This document shows, piece by piece, positions 41,795-51,298 of a DNA stretch of 64,000 nt. Position 1 is the first letter of the stretch. Each line of letters begins with the position of its first letter. The DNA is taken from positions 2,039 to 66,038 of the forward strand of contig DATIXU010000108.1 of assembly GCA_035518275.1 (NCBI GenBank). Reading direction: 5' to 3'. Below the pieces are notes generated by a model. The model was not told where the DNA came from, did not search any database, and worked only from the letters and a program-made list of their open reading frames with translations. The position numbers and the translations under genes were made by a program. Source of the stretch: Steroidobacteraceae bacterium. GTDB taxonomy: Bacteria; Pseudomonadota; Gammaproteobacteria; Steroidobacterales; Steroidobacteraceae.

Positions 41795-44272
41795 TCAGTA
41801 GTGGTACTGGACGGTCACCGACCAGGTGCGGGGCGGACCGTAGAAGCCGAGCTCGCTCACGCCGCCGACGAAGCTGTAGAGCGGCGGCGAGGCGAGCGGC
41901 GGCGGGCCGAACTCGTAACCGGCGACGCGGTAGTACTTGTTGGCGAGGTTCTGGCCGTCGAGCGACACGCGCCAGTGCTGGTCAGCGCTGGTGAAGGCCA
42001 GGCCCGCGTTGACCAGCCCATAGCCCGGCTGATCGGTCGCCGTCCAGGCCGTGATGGTCGTCGCGGTCTTGGCATAGGTGCGGTAGTCGTAGCCGGCCCG
42101 CGCCGTCAGCGAGCCCGCCTGGAGATTCCAGGTGTAGGTCTGATACTCGGAGACCGTCCAGTGCGGCGCATTCAGGGGCTGCTGCTGGGAGGACAGGTCG
42201 ACCGACGCCACCCCCGGCCCGCACCCGGGCGTGATCTGGGGCGTGAGCGGGAAGATATTGCAGGGAACGATGTAGTCCTTGTAGTAGGAGTCGAGGTAGC
42301 CGACGTTGAGCCCGAACGTGAGTGTACGGATGGGCCGCCACACGCTCTGCAGCTCCGCGCCCTCGTTGATCTGCTTGCCGGCGTTGGTCGTATAAGTGAC
42401 GTTGGCCGGAAGTCCGTTGTTGATCGTGACCTCGCCGAGCTCGATCTGGGCATCGGTGTAGGGGTCGTAGAACACGTCGGCGTTGAGCAGCAGCGTGTCA
42501 TCCAGCAGCGTGCTCTTTACACCCAGCTCGAAGCTGTTGGCGGTCTCGGCGTTGTAGCCGTTTTGCGTGCTGGGGCTGAGCGTTGCGTTGCCGCGCATGT
42601 CGAAGCCACCGCTCTTGAAGCCCTTGCTGTAGGTGAAGTAGCCCATGACGTTCTTGGTGAAGTGGTAGTCGAGGCCGAGGCGCGGGTCGACGTTGGAGAA
42701 CGTGCGCGCGCCGGTATAGTTGGTGACCACCCCGGGAAACGGGATGAGTCCTGCCGGCGCCTGCGCGGGCGTGGTGAAGGTCACGCCGGGTGTGACCGGG
42801 GGACCGACATAGTCTTCCTGGAACACCTGCGCGGTGACTTTGTCCTGGTTCCAGCGCAGGCCGACATCCACGTTGAGCTGATCGGTGAGCTTCCAGGAGC
42901 TGTCGCCGTAGACTGCCGTGCTCTTGGTGAGATCGCAGCCGGAAACCAGCTCGGTGATGTAGGTGTCGAGGGCCGGGATGCCGAGCAGCGGCAGCGTGCC
43001 GATATCGGCGTCATAGTCGCCGCAGGCATTGCTGTCCATGTAGAAAAAGCCGCCGACGGCCTTCACCAGGTCGTTGCTGAAGCTCAGCTGCGCCTCCGCC
43101 GAGGACTGCTGGTCGTGGTACAGCCCGTCGACGTCGAACAGGTTCTCCGCCGTCTCGGAGAAGTTGATGAACTGCTGACCGTGGCCCTCGTAGTAAGCGC
43201 CGACGAGCTTCAACGAGAGCTCGTTCGTCAGGTTCTGAGTGTAGGTCGCGGACGTGCCCTGGCGGTGGAAGAAATCCTGGTTGGCCGGCAGGTTGTCGTA
43301 ACTGTCGAACGGATTGCTGAGGGGCGGGGCGTTCGGCGTCACGATCGGCAATGCCGGGATGCCGAGGAGCGGCAGCGGCAGCACCGAGACCCCGCCGTTG
43401 AGGTAGTCGTTGAGCCGCTGGCCGCCCGAGGCGTTGGAGTTGTCGAGGATGTCGTCGGCGACCAGCCGGAGCTTCGAGCTCTCGCCCCAGGTGACAGTGA
43501 GATTGGCGCGCCCGACCACGATGTCCTTGTTCGAGAGGTCCACGCCGAGCGGGCTCGTGGGCGGCTGCGCCACGCCCGGCTCCGCGACGACCTCGCCGTA
43601 GCCGTCATGCCTCAGGTCGGCAAGCGCCACGCCGAAGTAAACGTGATCGGGAATCACCGGCAGGGAGCCGGTGAACTTGAAGTTGCGCGTGTCGTAATTA
43701 CCGCCGGTCGCCGAGGCGGTGAGGGTCGCCGGGCCGTCGATGTCGCGCGTTACGTACTTGACGGCCCCGGCGATGGTGTTCCGGCCGTACAGCGTGCCCT
43801 GCGGGCCGCTCAGGACCTCGAGCCGATCGACGTCGAGCACGTCGAGGAGCGCGGCCTGCGGCCGCGCCATGTAGACGTCATCGATGTACACGCCCACGCC
43901 CGGCTGGAATCCCCACAAGGGATCGCTCTGGCCGACGCCGCGGATATAGATGTTGATGGTGCTGCTGGTGGCGCGGTCCTGCGAAATCTTCATGTTCGGC
44001 ACGAAGCTGCCGAGATCCGTGATGTTTTGAATGTTGTAGTTCTGGATGGCGTCGGCGGTGATAGCCGTAACGGTGAGCGGCACATCCTGCAGCTGCTCCG
44101 TGCGCCGCCGCGCGGTCACCACCACTTCCTGGATTCCCGCGCTCTCGGCGCCGGTCTCGGCCTGGGCGGCTGCGCCGCTGCTGGCCGTCTGCGCCGGCAG
44201 TGCCGCCGGCAGGAGCAGCGTGCCGCAGGCCGTGAGCCACGCCGTGAGCGGCGCGCGTGCGTTCTTGTCCAT
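41795..44272 (-). CDS. TonB-dependent outer-membrane receptor
   Basis: Signal peptide, TonB-box/plug region IQEVVVTARRRTEQLQDVP and a long beta-barrel ending in aromatic ...VTVQYHY. Confidence 0.9.
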   Translation of the reverse strand: MDKNARAPLTAWLTACGTLLLPAALPAQTASSGAAAQAETGAESAGIQEVVVTARRRTEQLQDVPLTVTAITADAIQNYNIQNITDLGSFVPNMKISQDRATSSTINIYIRGVGQSDPLWGFQPGVGVYIDDVYMARPQAALLDVLDVDRLEVLSGPQGTLYGRNTIAGAVKYVTRDIDGPATLTASATGGNYDTRNFKFTGSLPVIPDHVYFGVALADLRHDGYGEVVAEPGVAQPPTSPLGVDLSNKDIVVGRANLTVTWGESSKLRLVADDILDNSNASGGQRLNDYLNGGVSVLPLPLLGIPALPIVTPNAPPLSNPFDSYDNLPANQDFFHRQGTSATYTQNLTNELSLKLVGAYYEGHGQQFINFSETAENLFDVDGLYHDQQSSAEAQLSFSNDLVKAVGGFFYMDSNACGDYDADIGTLPLLGIPALDTYITELVSGCDLTKSTAVYGDSSWKLTDQLNVDVGLRWNQDKVTAQVFQEDYVGPPVTPGVTFTTPAQAPAGLIPFPGVVTNYTGARTFSNVDPRLGLDYHFTKNVMGYFTYSKGFKSGGFDMRGNATLSPSTQNGYNAETANSFELGVKSTLLDDTLLLNADVFYDPYTDAQIELGEVTINNGLPANVTYTTNAGKQINEGAELQSVWRPIRTLTFGLNVGYLDSYYKDYIVPCNIFPLTPQITPGCGPGVASVDLSSQQQPLNAPHWTVSEYQTYTWNLQAGSLTARAGYDYRTYAKTATTITAWTATDQPGYGLVNAGLAFTSADQHWRVSLDGQNLANKYYRVAGYEFGPPPLASPPLYSFVGGVSELGFYGPPRTWSVTVQYHY

Positions 44273-44294
44273 CGTGATCCCCCCCGAGCATCAT

Positions 44295-44308
44295 TCAACA
44301 AGTGTTGA
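44295..44308. promoter_or_regulatory. Candidate TetR operator half-site pair 1 (TCAACA-ag-TGTTGA)
   Basis: Perfect 6-bp inverted arms in the TBDR/TetR divergent intergenic region. A related palindrome lies 8 nt further on. Confidence 0.5.
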
Positions 44309-44315
44309 GAATATA

Positions 44316-44331
44316 TTCAACAACCGTTGAA
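44316..44331. promoter_or_regulatory. Candidate TetR operator half-site pair 2 (TTCAAC-aacc-GTTGAA)
   Basis: Perfect 6-bp inverted arms sharing the TCAAC/GTTGA core with site 1. The context is AT-rich. Confidence 0.5.
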
Positions 44332-44399
44332 ACCGTCAAGGCGGCATGAATGTTTGCCCGCGGCGGCGAATCACAGGAAACTGTCGGGGGTCTCCACCG

Positions 44400-45131
44400 A
44401 TGTTGCAGCGCACCAGAATGAAGAGAAAGTCCACGGGACGGCCGGCCAAGGAGCGGATCCTGGACGCCGCCGAGCAGCTGTTCGCCCAGCGCGGCTTCTA
44501 CGGCGTGTCGCTGCGCGACATCACCCAGGCGGCGGGGGTGGACGTCGCGCTGGTCAGCTACCACTTCGGCGGCAAGCGTGAGCTCTTCACCGCGGTGTTC
44601 GAGCGGCGCGCCGAGGTCCTGAACCGCGAGCGGTTGGAGCTCCTCGAGGAAGTGCGGCGGCGCGCCCTGCCGGCGCCCCCCTCGCTCGAAGCGATCGCCA
44701 ACGCCTTCTTCGAGCCGCTGCTCGAGCGCTCCGCGCGCGGCGGCCCCGGCTGGAAGAGCTACTTCGCGCTCGTCGCCTATGTGAACAACTCGCCCGAGTT
44801 CGGCCCGATGATGATGACGCGCCACTTCGACCCGCTGGTCGACAGGTTCATCACCGTGCTGTGCGAGGCCCTGCCTGGATGTCCGCCACGCGAGATCTAC
44901 TGGGGCTACCAGTTCCTCACCGGGGCGCTCACGCTGACCTTCGCCGAGACCGGCCGCCTCGACAAGCTCTCCGGCGGCCTGTGCCGCTCAACGGACCTCG
45001 ACAGCGTGCGTGAGCGCCTGGCGCCGTACGTGGCGGCGGGCTTCCGCGCCCTGTGCGAACGCGCCCTGGCAGGCGCTCCGGACAAGCCCGGACGGGTGGG
45101 CGCGGCGCGCAGGTCGCGCCGCCGCCCATGA
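44400..45131 (+). CDS. TetR/AcrR family transcriptional regulator
   Basis: HTH region ILDAAEQLFAQRGFYGVSLRDITQAAGVDVALVSYHFGGKRELF. The ATG at 44400 was chosen; ATG 44346 and 44418 are possible. Confidence 0.85.
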   Translation: MLQRTRMKRKSTGRPAKERILDAAEQLFAQRGFYGVSLRDITQAAGVDVALVSYHFGGKRELFTAVFERRAEVLNRERLELLEEVRRRALPAPPSLEAIANAFFEPLLERSARGGPGWKSYFALVAYVNNSPEFGPMMMTRHFDPLVDRFITVLCEALPGCPPREIYWGYQFLTGALTLTFAETGRLDKLSGGLCRSTDLDSVRERLAPYVAAGFRALCERALAGAPDKPGRVGAARRSRRRP

Positions 45132-45997
45132 AATACCGCCACAGCTTCCACGCAGGCAACTTCGCCGACGTACACAAGCACGTGACGCTGCTCGCGCTGC
45201 TCGCGGCGCTCGAGCGCAAAGAGAAGGGCTTCCTCTACTTCGAGAGCCACGCGGGCCGCGGAGCCTATGACCTCTCTGGCGGCAGCGCCGAGGCGGCCGG
45301 CGGCATCGGACGCTTCCTCGCGAGTGAGCCGGGCGCGGCGGAGCTGCAGCATTACGCCGCGCTGCTCGCGCGGCTGCGGGCGGCGCGCGCCTCGAGCCAC
45401 TTCTACCCGGGCTCGCCCCTCATCGCGCTGGCCGAGCTGCGGCCCCAGGACCGGGCGATACTCGTCGAGTGGCAGGCGGCGGAAGCGCAGGCTCTCCGGG
45501 CGGCTGTCGGGGAGCTCGGCGATGCCGCTAAGCCGGAGGCGGCGCAACCGGCGAGGCCGCGCGTGCGCATCGAGCATGGCGATGGCCTGAAGCTCCTGCG
45601 CGCGGCGCTCCCGCCGCCCGAGCGGCGCGCGCTGATCTTCATCGATCCGCCGTTCGAGGAGAGCCGCGAGGAGTTCGTGCGGGTCACGGCCGCGGTCGCC
45701 GACGGGCTGCGGCGCTTCGCGACCGGAGTGTTCACCGTCTGGTACCCGATCAAGGAGCAGCGTGTCACGGCCGCCTGGCAGGCCGAGTTCGCGCGCGCCG
45801 TCGCCGCGCCGACACTCGCCGCGGAGCTGTGGCTGTATCCGCGCGACTCGCGCGTTTCTCTCAACGGCTCGGGACTCCTGATCGCGAATCCTCCGTGGCA
45901 GACCGGGGAACGCATGCGCGCATGGCTGCCGGAGCTCGCATCAGCGCTCGGCGCCGGAGCCTCGGGAGGCAGCGAGGTCCGGATGCTGTCACAATAG
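45128..45997 (+). CDS. rlmJ: 23S rRNA (adenine2030-N6)-methyltransferase
   Basis: N-terminus MKYRHSFHAGNFADVHKH, then YPGSP and IDPPFE motifs. The ATG overlaps the TetR TGA (ATGA). Confidence 0.88.
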   Translation: MKYRHSFHAGNFADVHKHVTLLALLAALERKEKGFLYFESHAGRGAYDLSGGSAEAAGGIGRFLASEPGAAELQHYAALLARLRAARASSHFYPGSPLIALAELRPQDRAILVEWQAAEAQALRAAVGELGDAAKPEAAQPARPRVRIEHGDGLKLLRAALPPPERRALIFIDPPFEESREEFVRVTAAVADGLRRFATGVFTVWYPIKEQRVTAAWQAEFARAVAAPTLAAELWLYPRDSRVSLNGSGLLIANPPWQTGERMRAWLPELASALGAGASGGSEVRMLSQ

Positions 45998-46002
45998 GTT
46001 AA

Positions 46003-46842
46003 ATGAACGCCGCACCCGATCCCTACGGAGTCGTCGGGCACCCGATCAGCCACAGCCTCTCGCCGTTCATTCACGGCATGTTCGCGCGCGAGACCGGACA
46101 GGCGATGAGCTATCGCCTGTACGACGTGACCTCCGACAAGTTCGCGGAGTTCGTCGCCGGGTTCTTCGACCGTGGCGGTCGCGGGCTCAACATCACCGTG
46201 CCGCATAAGATCGCGGCGGTCGAGGCCGCCAACGAGCTCACGGGGCGCGCGGCGCACGCCGCCTCCGTGAATACCCTGGCGCTGCGCGACGACGGCACCA
46301 TCCTCGGCGACAACACCGACGGCGTGGGCCTGGTGCGCGACCTGTGCGACAACCTCGGGCTCGTGATCACCAACCGGCGCATCCTCATCATCGGCGCCGG
46401 CGGTGCTACGCGTGGCGTGCTGGCCCCGCTCCTCGGCCTCTCGCCCACGCTCATCGTCATCGCCAACCGCACGCCCGAGCGCGCCGCTTCGCTCGCCGCG
46501 GCCTTCTCCGACCTCGGCGCCACGCACGGCGTCGGCTTCGAGGACATCGGCACCGAGCCCTACGACTTCATCATCAACGCGACCTCGGCCAGCCTCTCGG
46601 GCGAGATGCCGCCGGTCCCTGCCGGCGCCGTCGGCCGCGCGACGGTGTGCTATGACCTCGCCTACGGCCGCGCGGCGACCGCCTTCGTCGACTGGGCTCG
46701 GGCCCGCGGCGCCGCGCAGGCTCTGCAGGGCTGGGGCATGCTGGTCGAGCAGGCCGCGGAGTCGTTTCGCCTCTGGCGCGGCATACGCCCGGCGACAGCC
46801 ACGGTGCTCGCGGCGCTCAAGGAGCGGTCGGGGAGCCTCTAA
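46003..46842 (+). CDS. aroE: Shikimate dehydrogenase
   Basis: VGHPISHSLSPFIHGMF, LNITVPHK, NTDGVG and GAGGATRGV are present. Confidence 0.9.
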   Translation: MNAAPDPYGVVGHPISHSLSPFIHGMFARETGQAMSYRLYDVTSDKFAEFVAGFFDRGGRGLNITVPHKIAAVEAANELTGRAAHAASVNTLALRDDGTILGDNTDGVGLVRDLCDNLGLVITNRRILIIGAGGATRGVLAPLLGLSPTLIVIANRTPERAASLAAAFSDLGATHGVGFEDIGTEPYDFIINATSASLSGEMPPVPAGAVGRATVCYDLAYGRAATAFVDWARARGAAQALQGWGMLVEQAAESFRLWRGIRPATATVLAALKERSGSL

Positions 46843-47198
46843 CGGCGCGGCCTGAGGACGTGCAGGAGGCTGCCGGGCGGGGCCTCGTAAGCCTTGCAAA
46901 CGATTCGCGCCATCCAGTCGTGTGCCTGCTTGAGGCCCTCGGGCTGAAGGGTATAGAGGCGTGTTCGGCCCTCTTTCCGGCTGAGCAGCAGGCCGCTTTC
47001 GTCGAGCACCTTCAGGTGGTGGATCACCGTCGGCTGCGAAAGCGGAAAGAGCTCGGCGAACTGGCGCAACCTTACATCGCCGTCCAGCAGAGCCTCGATG
47101 TACCAGAGGCGCCTGGGATCGGCGAGCGCGCGGAACACGGGACACAGGTGCTCGTTGAACACCCGCTGAGCGTATGTGGTACCCGCAAAATGACTCAA
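46839..47198 (-). CDS. ArsR/SmtB family transcriptional regulator
   Basis: VFRALADPRRLWYIEALL....LRQFAELFPLSQPTVIHHLKVLDESGLL is a typical ArsR wHTH. The start codon is TTG and no in-frame ATG lies nearby. Only two Cys are present (C19, C101). Confidence 0.8.
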   Translation of the reverse strand: MSHFAGTTYAQRVFNEHLCPVFRALADPRRLWYIEALLDGDVRLRQFAELFPLSQPTVIHHLKVLDESGLLLSRKEGRTRLYTLQPEGLKQAHDWMARIVCKAYEAPPGSLLHVLRPRR

Positions 47199-47208
47199 CC
47201 CCGCAATT

Positions 47209-47226
47209 GTTAGAAAAGTGTCTAAC
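47209..47226. promoter_or_regulatory. Candidate ArsR operator 1 (GTTAGA-N6-TCTAAC)
   Basis: Perfect 6-bp inverted arms, 11 nt upstream of the ArsR start codon. Confidence 0.5.
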
Positions 47227-47267
47227 TACGGCCCCTCGGGTTCCTCTATTGAGGGTCCCGGGCCCAA

Positions 47268-47285
47268 ATTAGACCGTTTTCTAAC
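47268..47285. promoter_or_regulatory. Candidate ArsR operator 2 (aTTAGA-N6-TCTAAC)
   Basis: Same TTAGA-N6-TCTAA core as operator 1, centred 59 bp further upstream. Confidence 0.45.
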
Positions 47286-47326
47286 ATTGCGCCCCGAAAG
47301 CGTTTCCGGAGACCATCACACGCACA

Positions 47327-47348
47327 CCGGCGCTTCCGAGTGCGCCGG
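47327..47348 (-). terminator. GC hairpin immediately after the gor stop codon (no U-tract)
   Basis: ccggcgc (47327-47333) / gcgccgg (47342-47348) with an 8-nt loop. It abuts the gor stop at 47349. Confidence 0.35.
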
Positions 47349-48701
47349 CTAGCGCATCGTGACGAACTCCTCCGCGCTGGTCGGATGGATCGCCACGGTG
47401 TCGTCGAAGTCTTTCTTGGTGGCGCCCATGCGCACCGCCACCGCGAATCCCTGCAGCATCTCGTCGGCCCCCGGCCCGACGACGTGCACGCCCACGATGC
47501 GCTGCTCGGGGCCGAGCGTCACGAGTTTCATCTCGGTGCGTGGCTTGGCCTGCGTCACCGCGTGATAGAGCGGCACGAAGCTCGAGCGGAAGACCTTGAC
47601 GTCGTCGTCTCCATGGCGCGCCCGGGCCGCCGGCTCGGTGAGCCCGACCGTGCCGATCGGCGGATGTCCGAAGATCACCGTCGGGATGTTGTCGTAATCG
47701 AGATGCCGCCCGGCAACGTCGCCGAACACGCGATCGGCGAGGCGCCTGCCGGCGGCGATCGCGACCGGCGTGAGCTGCGCCCTTCCGGCGACATCGCCCA
47801 CCGCGTAGACGCCCTCAGCGCTCGTCGCCTGGTACATGTCGGTGGCGATGAAGCCGCTCGCATCGAGCCGGACCCCGGCACGTTCGAGGGCGAGCTCGGC
47901 GACGGTGGCGTTCCTGCCCACGGCCCACACCAGGCAGTCGAAGGGGCCGATGCTGCGGCCGTCGGCGAACGTCGCGATGAGCGCGCCGTCGGCGTTGCGC
48001 CCGATCGAGCCGGGTTTGATGTCGGTCACCACCGTGACGCCCGCCTCACGCAGCATCCCGAGGCTCGCCGCGCCGATCATCGGGTCGAAGGTGCGCAACG
48101 GCGTCGCGCCGCGCAGCGCCAGCGTCGTCTGTGCGCCAAGAGCTGCGAAGATCCCGCTGAGCTCGACGGCGATGTAGCCGCCGCCCGCGACCATGACGCG
48201 CGGCGGGAGGGCCTCGAGCCCGAAGAAGCCGTCGGAGGTGATGCCGAGCTCCGCCCCCGGAATGCGCGGCACCAGGGGATGCCCGCCGGTTGCGATGATG
48301 ATGTGTGGCGCGCTCAGGGTGCGGCCCGCGGCGCTAACGGTGTGCGGATCGACGAAGCTCGCGCGGCCGCGCAGCAGCTCGACGTTGCGCCGGGCGAGGT
48401 TGGCGGCGTAGATGTCGTTGAGCTTCGCGATATAGGCGTCGCGCCGCTGCTTGAGCGAGCGCCAGTCGTGGCCCGCCGCCGCGGCTGCGAACCCGTACTC
48501 CGGCGCATCGTGCAGCGCGCCGCCGAGCTCCGCCGCGTTCCACATGATCTTCTTCGGCACGCAGCCGACATTCACGCAGGTGCCGCCGAGGCGGCCCGAC
48601 TCGATGAGCACGGCGCGGGCGCCATATTCGGCCGCCCGCTGCGCCGCCGCCAGCCCCCCGCTGCCACCGCCGATCACCACCAGGTCGAATTTCTCGCCCA
48701 T
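47349..48701 (-). CDS. gor: Glutathione-disulfide reductase
   Basis: [12 protein letters not shown], redox-active [13 protein letters not shown] and C-terminus [12 protein letters not shown]. The ATG at 48701 is preferred over the upstream extension. Confidence 0.92.
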   Translation of the reverse strand: MGEKFDLVVIGGGSGGLAAAQRAAEYGARAVLIESGRLGGTCVNVGCVPKKIMWNAAELGGALHDAPEYGFAAAAAGHDWRSLKQRRDAYIAKLNDIYAANLARRNVELLRGRASFVDPHTVSAAGRTLSAPHIIIATGGHPLVPRIPGAELGITSDGFFGLEALPPRVMVAGGGYIAVELSGIFAALGAQTTLALRGATPLRTFDPMIGAASLGMLREAGVTVVTDIKPGSIGRNADGALIATFADGRSIGPFDCLVWAVGRNATVAELALERAGVRLDASGFIATDMYQATSAEGVYAVGDVAGRAQLTPVAIAAGRRLADRVFGDVAGRHLDYDNIPTVIFGHPPIGTVGLTEPAARARHGDDDVKVFRSSFVPLYHAVTQAKPRTEMKLVTLGPEQRIVGVHVVGPGADEMLQGFAVAVRMGATKKDFDDTVAIHPTSAEEFVTMR

Positions 48702-48733
48702 AAATACCTCGGACTGCCATGATAGCGGTACCG

Positions 48734-50770
48734 ATGGACAACCCCTTACTTGACCAGGATCCGCTGCCACGCTTCGTGCAGATCCGCCCCGAGCACGTGG
48801 AGCCGGCGGTGCGTGAGCTGCTGGCGCGCAACCGCGCGCGCATCGGCGAGCTCGCCGCTCTCCCCAAGCCCACCTTCGCGACGCTCATCGAGCCGCTCGA
48901 GGAGCTGCAGCACGGCGTCACCCGCGCCTGGTCCCCGGTGAGCCACCTGAACGCGGTGCTCAATTCCGATGCCCTGCGGGCCGGCTACAACGCCTGCCTG
49001 CCGCTGCTCTCGGCCTACCAGACCGATCTCGCGCAGAGCGAGCCGCTGTTCCGCGCCTACCGCACCATCGCCGAGCGCGACGCTGCCGCGCTCGCGCCGG
49101 TGCAGCGCCAGGTGATCGAGCACGCGGTGCGCGACTTTCGCCTCGCCGGCGTTGGCCTGCCGGCCGAGAAGAAGGCGCGCTTCAAGACCGTGATGCAGGA
49201 GCTGACGCAGCTGCAGGCGAAATTCGAGGAGAACGTGCTGGATGCGGCCAATGCCTGGAGCTGGCACGTCACCGACCCCGCCGAGCTGCGCGGCCTCAAC
49301 GAGATGCTGATCGAGCTGGCCGCGCGCCGTGCCCGGGAGCGCGACGTGAGCGGCTGGGTTCTCACCCTCGACCAGCCCACCTATGTCGCAGTGCTGACGG
49401 ATGCCGAATCGGAGAATCTGCGCCGCGCCTTCTACGAGGCCTGGACCACGCGCGCCTCGGACCGCGGGCCGGGCGCCGGCCGCTGGGACAATTCCTCCGT
49501 GATGGAGAAGATCCTGCGCCTGCGGCACGAGGCCGCACGCCTGCTCGACTTCCCCAACTACGCCGAATACGCACTCGCGACCCGCATGGCGAGGAGCGTC
49601 GACGAGGTACTCGAGTTCCTGCACGAGCTGGCGCGCTCGGCGCGCCCCGCCGCGGTCGCCGAGTTCGCCGAGCTGGAGGAGTTCGCCGGGCGCGAGCTCG
49701 CGCCCTGGGACGTGGGCTTTCACTCCGAGCGGCTGCAGCGCGTGCGCTTCGCCGTGTCGCAGGAAGAGCTGCGCCCGTACTTTCCGCTCCCCAGGGTGCT
49801 CGGCGGGCTGTTCGCCGTGGCGCAGCGCCTCTTCGGCGTGCGTATCCGCGAGCGCTCGGGCGTCCCGGCCTGGCACGAGGACGTGCGCTTCTTCGACATC
49901 GAGGGCGCGAACGGCGCGCGTATCGGCAGCTTCTACCTCGACGCCTACGCGCGCCCCAACAAGCGCAGCGGCGCCTGGATGGACGAGTGCGTCGGGCGCA
50001 AGCGCCTCGCCTCGGGGGCGGCGCTCCCGGTCGCGTATCTGGTGTGCAATTTCCTGCCTCCCGGCGCGGCGCGACCCGCGCTCCTCACCCACGACGACGT
50101 GGTGACGCTGTTTCACGAGTTCGGCCACGGGTTGCACCATCTGCTGACGAGGGTCGACTACCCGAGCCTCGCCGGCATCAACGGCGTTGCCTGGGACGCG
50201 GTCGAGCTGCCGAGCCAGTTCCTCGAGAATTACGCCTGGCACCCGCAGGTGCTGCAGCAGATCTCGGGCCACTTCGAGAGCGGCGCGGCGCTGCCCGAGG
50301 AGATGCAGTCGCGCCTCATCGCCACGCGCAGCTTCCAGGCGGGGCTGGCGATGATGCGGCAGCTCGAGTTCGCGCTGTTCGATTTCCGCCTGCACACCGA
50401 GTACTCGCCCGGGCGCGGCGGCCGCGTGCTCGAGATCCTCGCCGAAGTGCGCCGCGAGGTGGCGGTGGTGCCGGTGCCGGAGTGGAACCGCTTCCCGCAC
50501 AGCTTCGGCCACATCTTCGCGGGCGGCTACGCCGCCGGCTACTACAGCTACAAGTGGGCCGAGGTGCTGGCGGCGGATGCCTTCGCGGCCTTCGAGGAGA
50601 GCGGGGTGTTCGATAGCGGCACGGCACAGCGCTTCCTCGATGCGATCCTCTCCCGGGGCGGCAGCCGTGACGCGCTCGAAGCCTTCATCGAGTTTCGCGG
50701 CCGCACACCCGAGCTGCGCGCGCTGCTCCGGCAGCACGGCATCCTGGCCGCGGGCGAGCTGGCCGCTTGA
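48734..50770 (+). CDS. prlC: Oligopeptidase A (M3 family)
   Basis: Zinc motif [11 protein letters not shown] and the family-typical N-terminus MDNPLL. The ATG at 48734 was chosen; the ATG at 48719 is also possible. Confidence 0.92.
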   Translation: MDNPLLDQDPLPRFVQIRPEHVEPAVRELLARNRARIGELAALPKPTFATLIEPLEELQHGVTRAWSPVSHLNAVLNSDALRAGYNACLPLLSAYQTDLAQSEPLFRAYRTIAERDAAALAPVQRQVIEHAVRDFRLAGVGLPAEKKARFKTVMQELTQLQAKFEENVLDAANAWSWHVTDPAELRGLNEMLIELAARRARERDVSGWVLTLDQPTYVAVLTDAESENLRRAFYEAWTTRASDRGPGAGRWDNSSVMEKILRLRHEAARLLDFPNYAEYALATRMARSVDEVLEFLHELARSARPAAVAEFAELEEFAGRELAPWDVGFHSERLQRVRFAVSQEELRPYFPLPRVLGGLFAVAQRLFGVRIRERSGVPAWHEDVRFFDIEGANGARIGSFYLDAYARPNKRSGAWMDECVGRKRLASGAALPVAYLVCNFLPPGAARPALLTHDDVVTLFHEFGHGLHHLLTRVDYPSLAGINGVAWDAVELPSQFLENYAWHPQVLQQISGHFESGAALPEEMQSRLIATRSFQAGLAMMRQLEFALFDFRLHTEYSPGRGGRVLEILAEVRREVAVVPVPEWNRFPHSFGHIFAGGYAAGYYSYKWAEVLAADAFAAFEESGVFDSGTAQRFLDAILSRGGSRDALEAFIEFRGRTPELRALLRQHGILAAGELAA

Positions 50771-51285
50771 GGCGCGCGCTCGCGGCGGGGCTGCTGTCGA
50801 TTGCGCTCGCGGCGCAGGCGCAGCCGCCCCCTGAGCCGCCGACGCCCCCCACCGAGACCCCCACCGAGACCCCCACCGGGACTCCCACCGGGACTCCCAC
50901 CGGGACTCAGCCCGCGGCGCCCCCGCCCGCCTCCAGCGAGGCCCCGCCGGCGGAGACGACCCCGCGGCCGACCCGGCCCGCTGCGCCGAAGACTCCGCGG
51001 GCGTTGCCGCCCACGCCCGCGCCCGCGGCCCAGGAGAGCCCGCGCGAAACTGAGGTGGCGGCGTTGCGCGCGGAGGTGAGCCGCCTGCAGTCCGAGCTCG
51101 ACGCCGAGCGCAACGCGGCATTGCCTCCGCCGGAGGACGGCGCGTCCGGCACGCAGCCCGCGCGCAGTCCCTGGGGATGGCTGGTCGCGACCGCGCTGCT
51201 CGCGCTCACCGCCGGGTTCCTGCTCGGCTGGCGGCTGCTCGACCGGCGCATCCGGGCCAGGTACGGCGGGCTGCGCATCTACTGA
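50767..51285 (+). CDS. Hypothetical Pro/Thr-rich protein with signal peptide, coiled-coil segment and C-terminal TM anchor
   Basis: TTG start overlaps the prlC TGA. The order is signal [19 protein letters not shown], then (TETP)2(TGTP)3, then [20 protein letters not shown], then [22 protein letters not shown]. Confidence 0.55.
   Translation: MRRALAAGLLSIALAAQAQPPPEPPTPPTETPTETPTGTPTGTPTGTQPAAPPPASSEAPPAETTPRPTRPAAPKTPRALPPTPAPAAQESPRETEVAALRAEVSRLQSELDAERNAALPPPEDGASGTQPARSPWGWLVATALLALTAGFLLGWRLLDRRIRARYGGLRIY
50851..50910 (+). repeat. 12-bp in-frame tandem repeat x5 (accgagaccccc x2, accgggactccc x2, plus one variant)
   Basis: Read directly. It encodes [20 protein letters not shown]. Confidence 0.9.
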
Positions 51286-51298
51286 CACGCCTCGAGTC

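Noticed and set aside
41801-44308. 835-aa plus-strand ORF opposite the TonB-dependent receptor
   Set aside because: Its composition is dominated by R/G/A/V/D repeats. The minus-strand frame encodes a complete TBDR with signal peptide, plug and aromatic C-terminus.
48746-51121. 791-aa minus-strand ORF opposite prlC and the PT-repeat gene
   Set aside because: It is an antisense artefact. prlC on the plus strand has the HEFGH zinc motif and full length.
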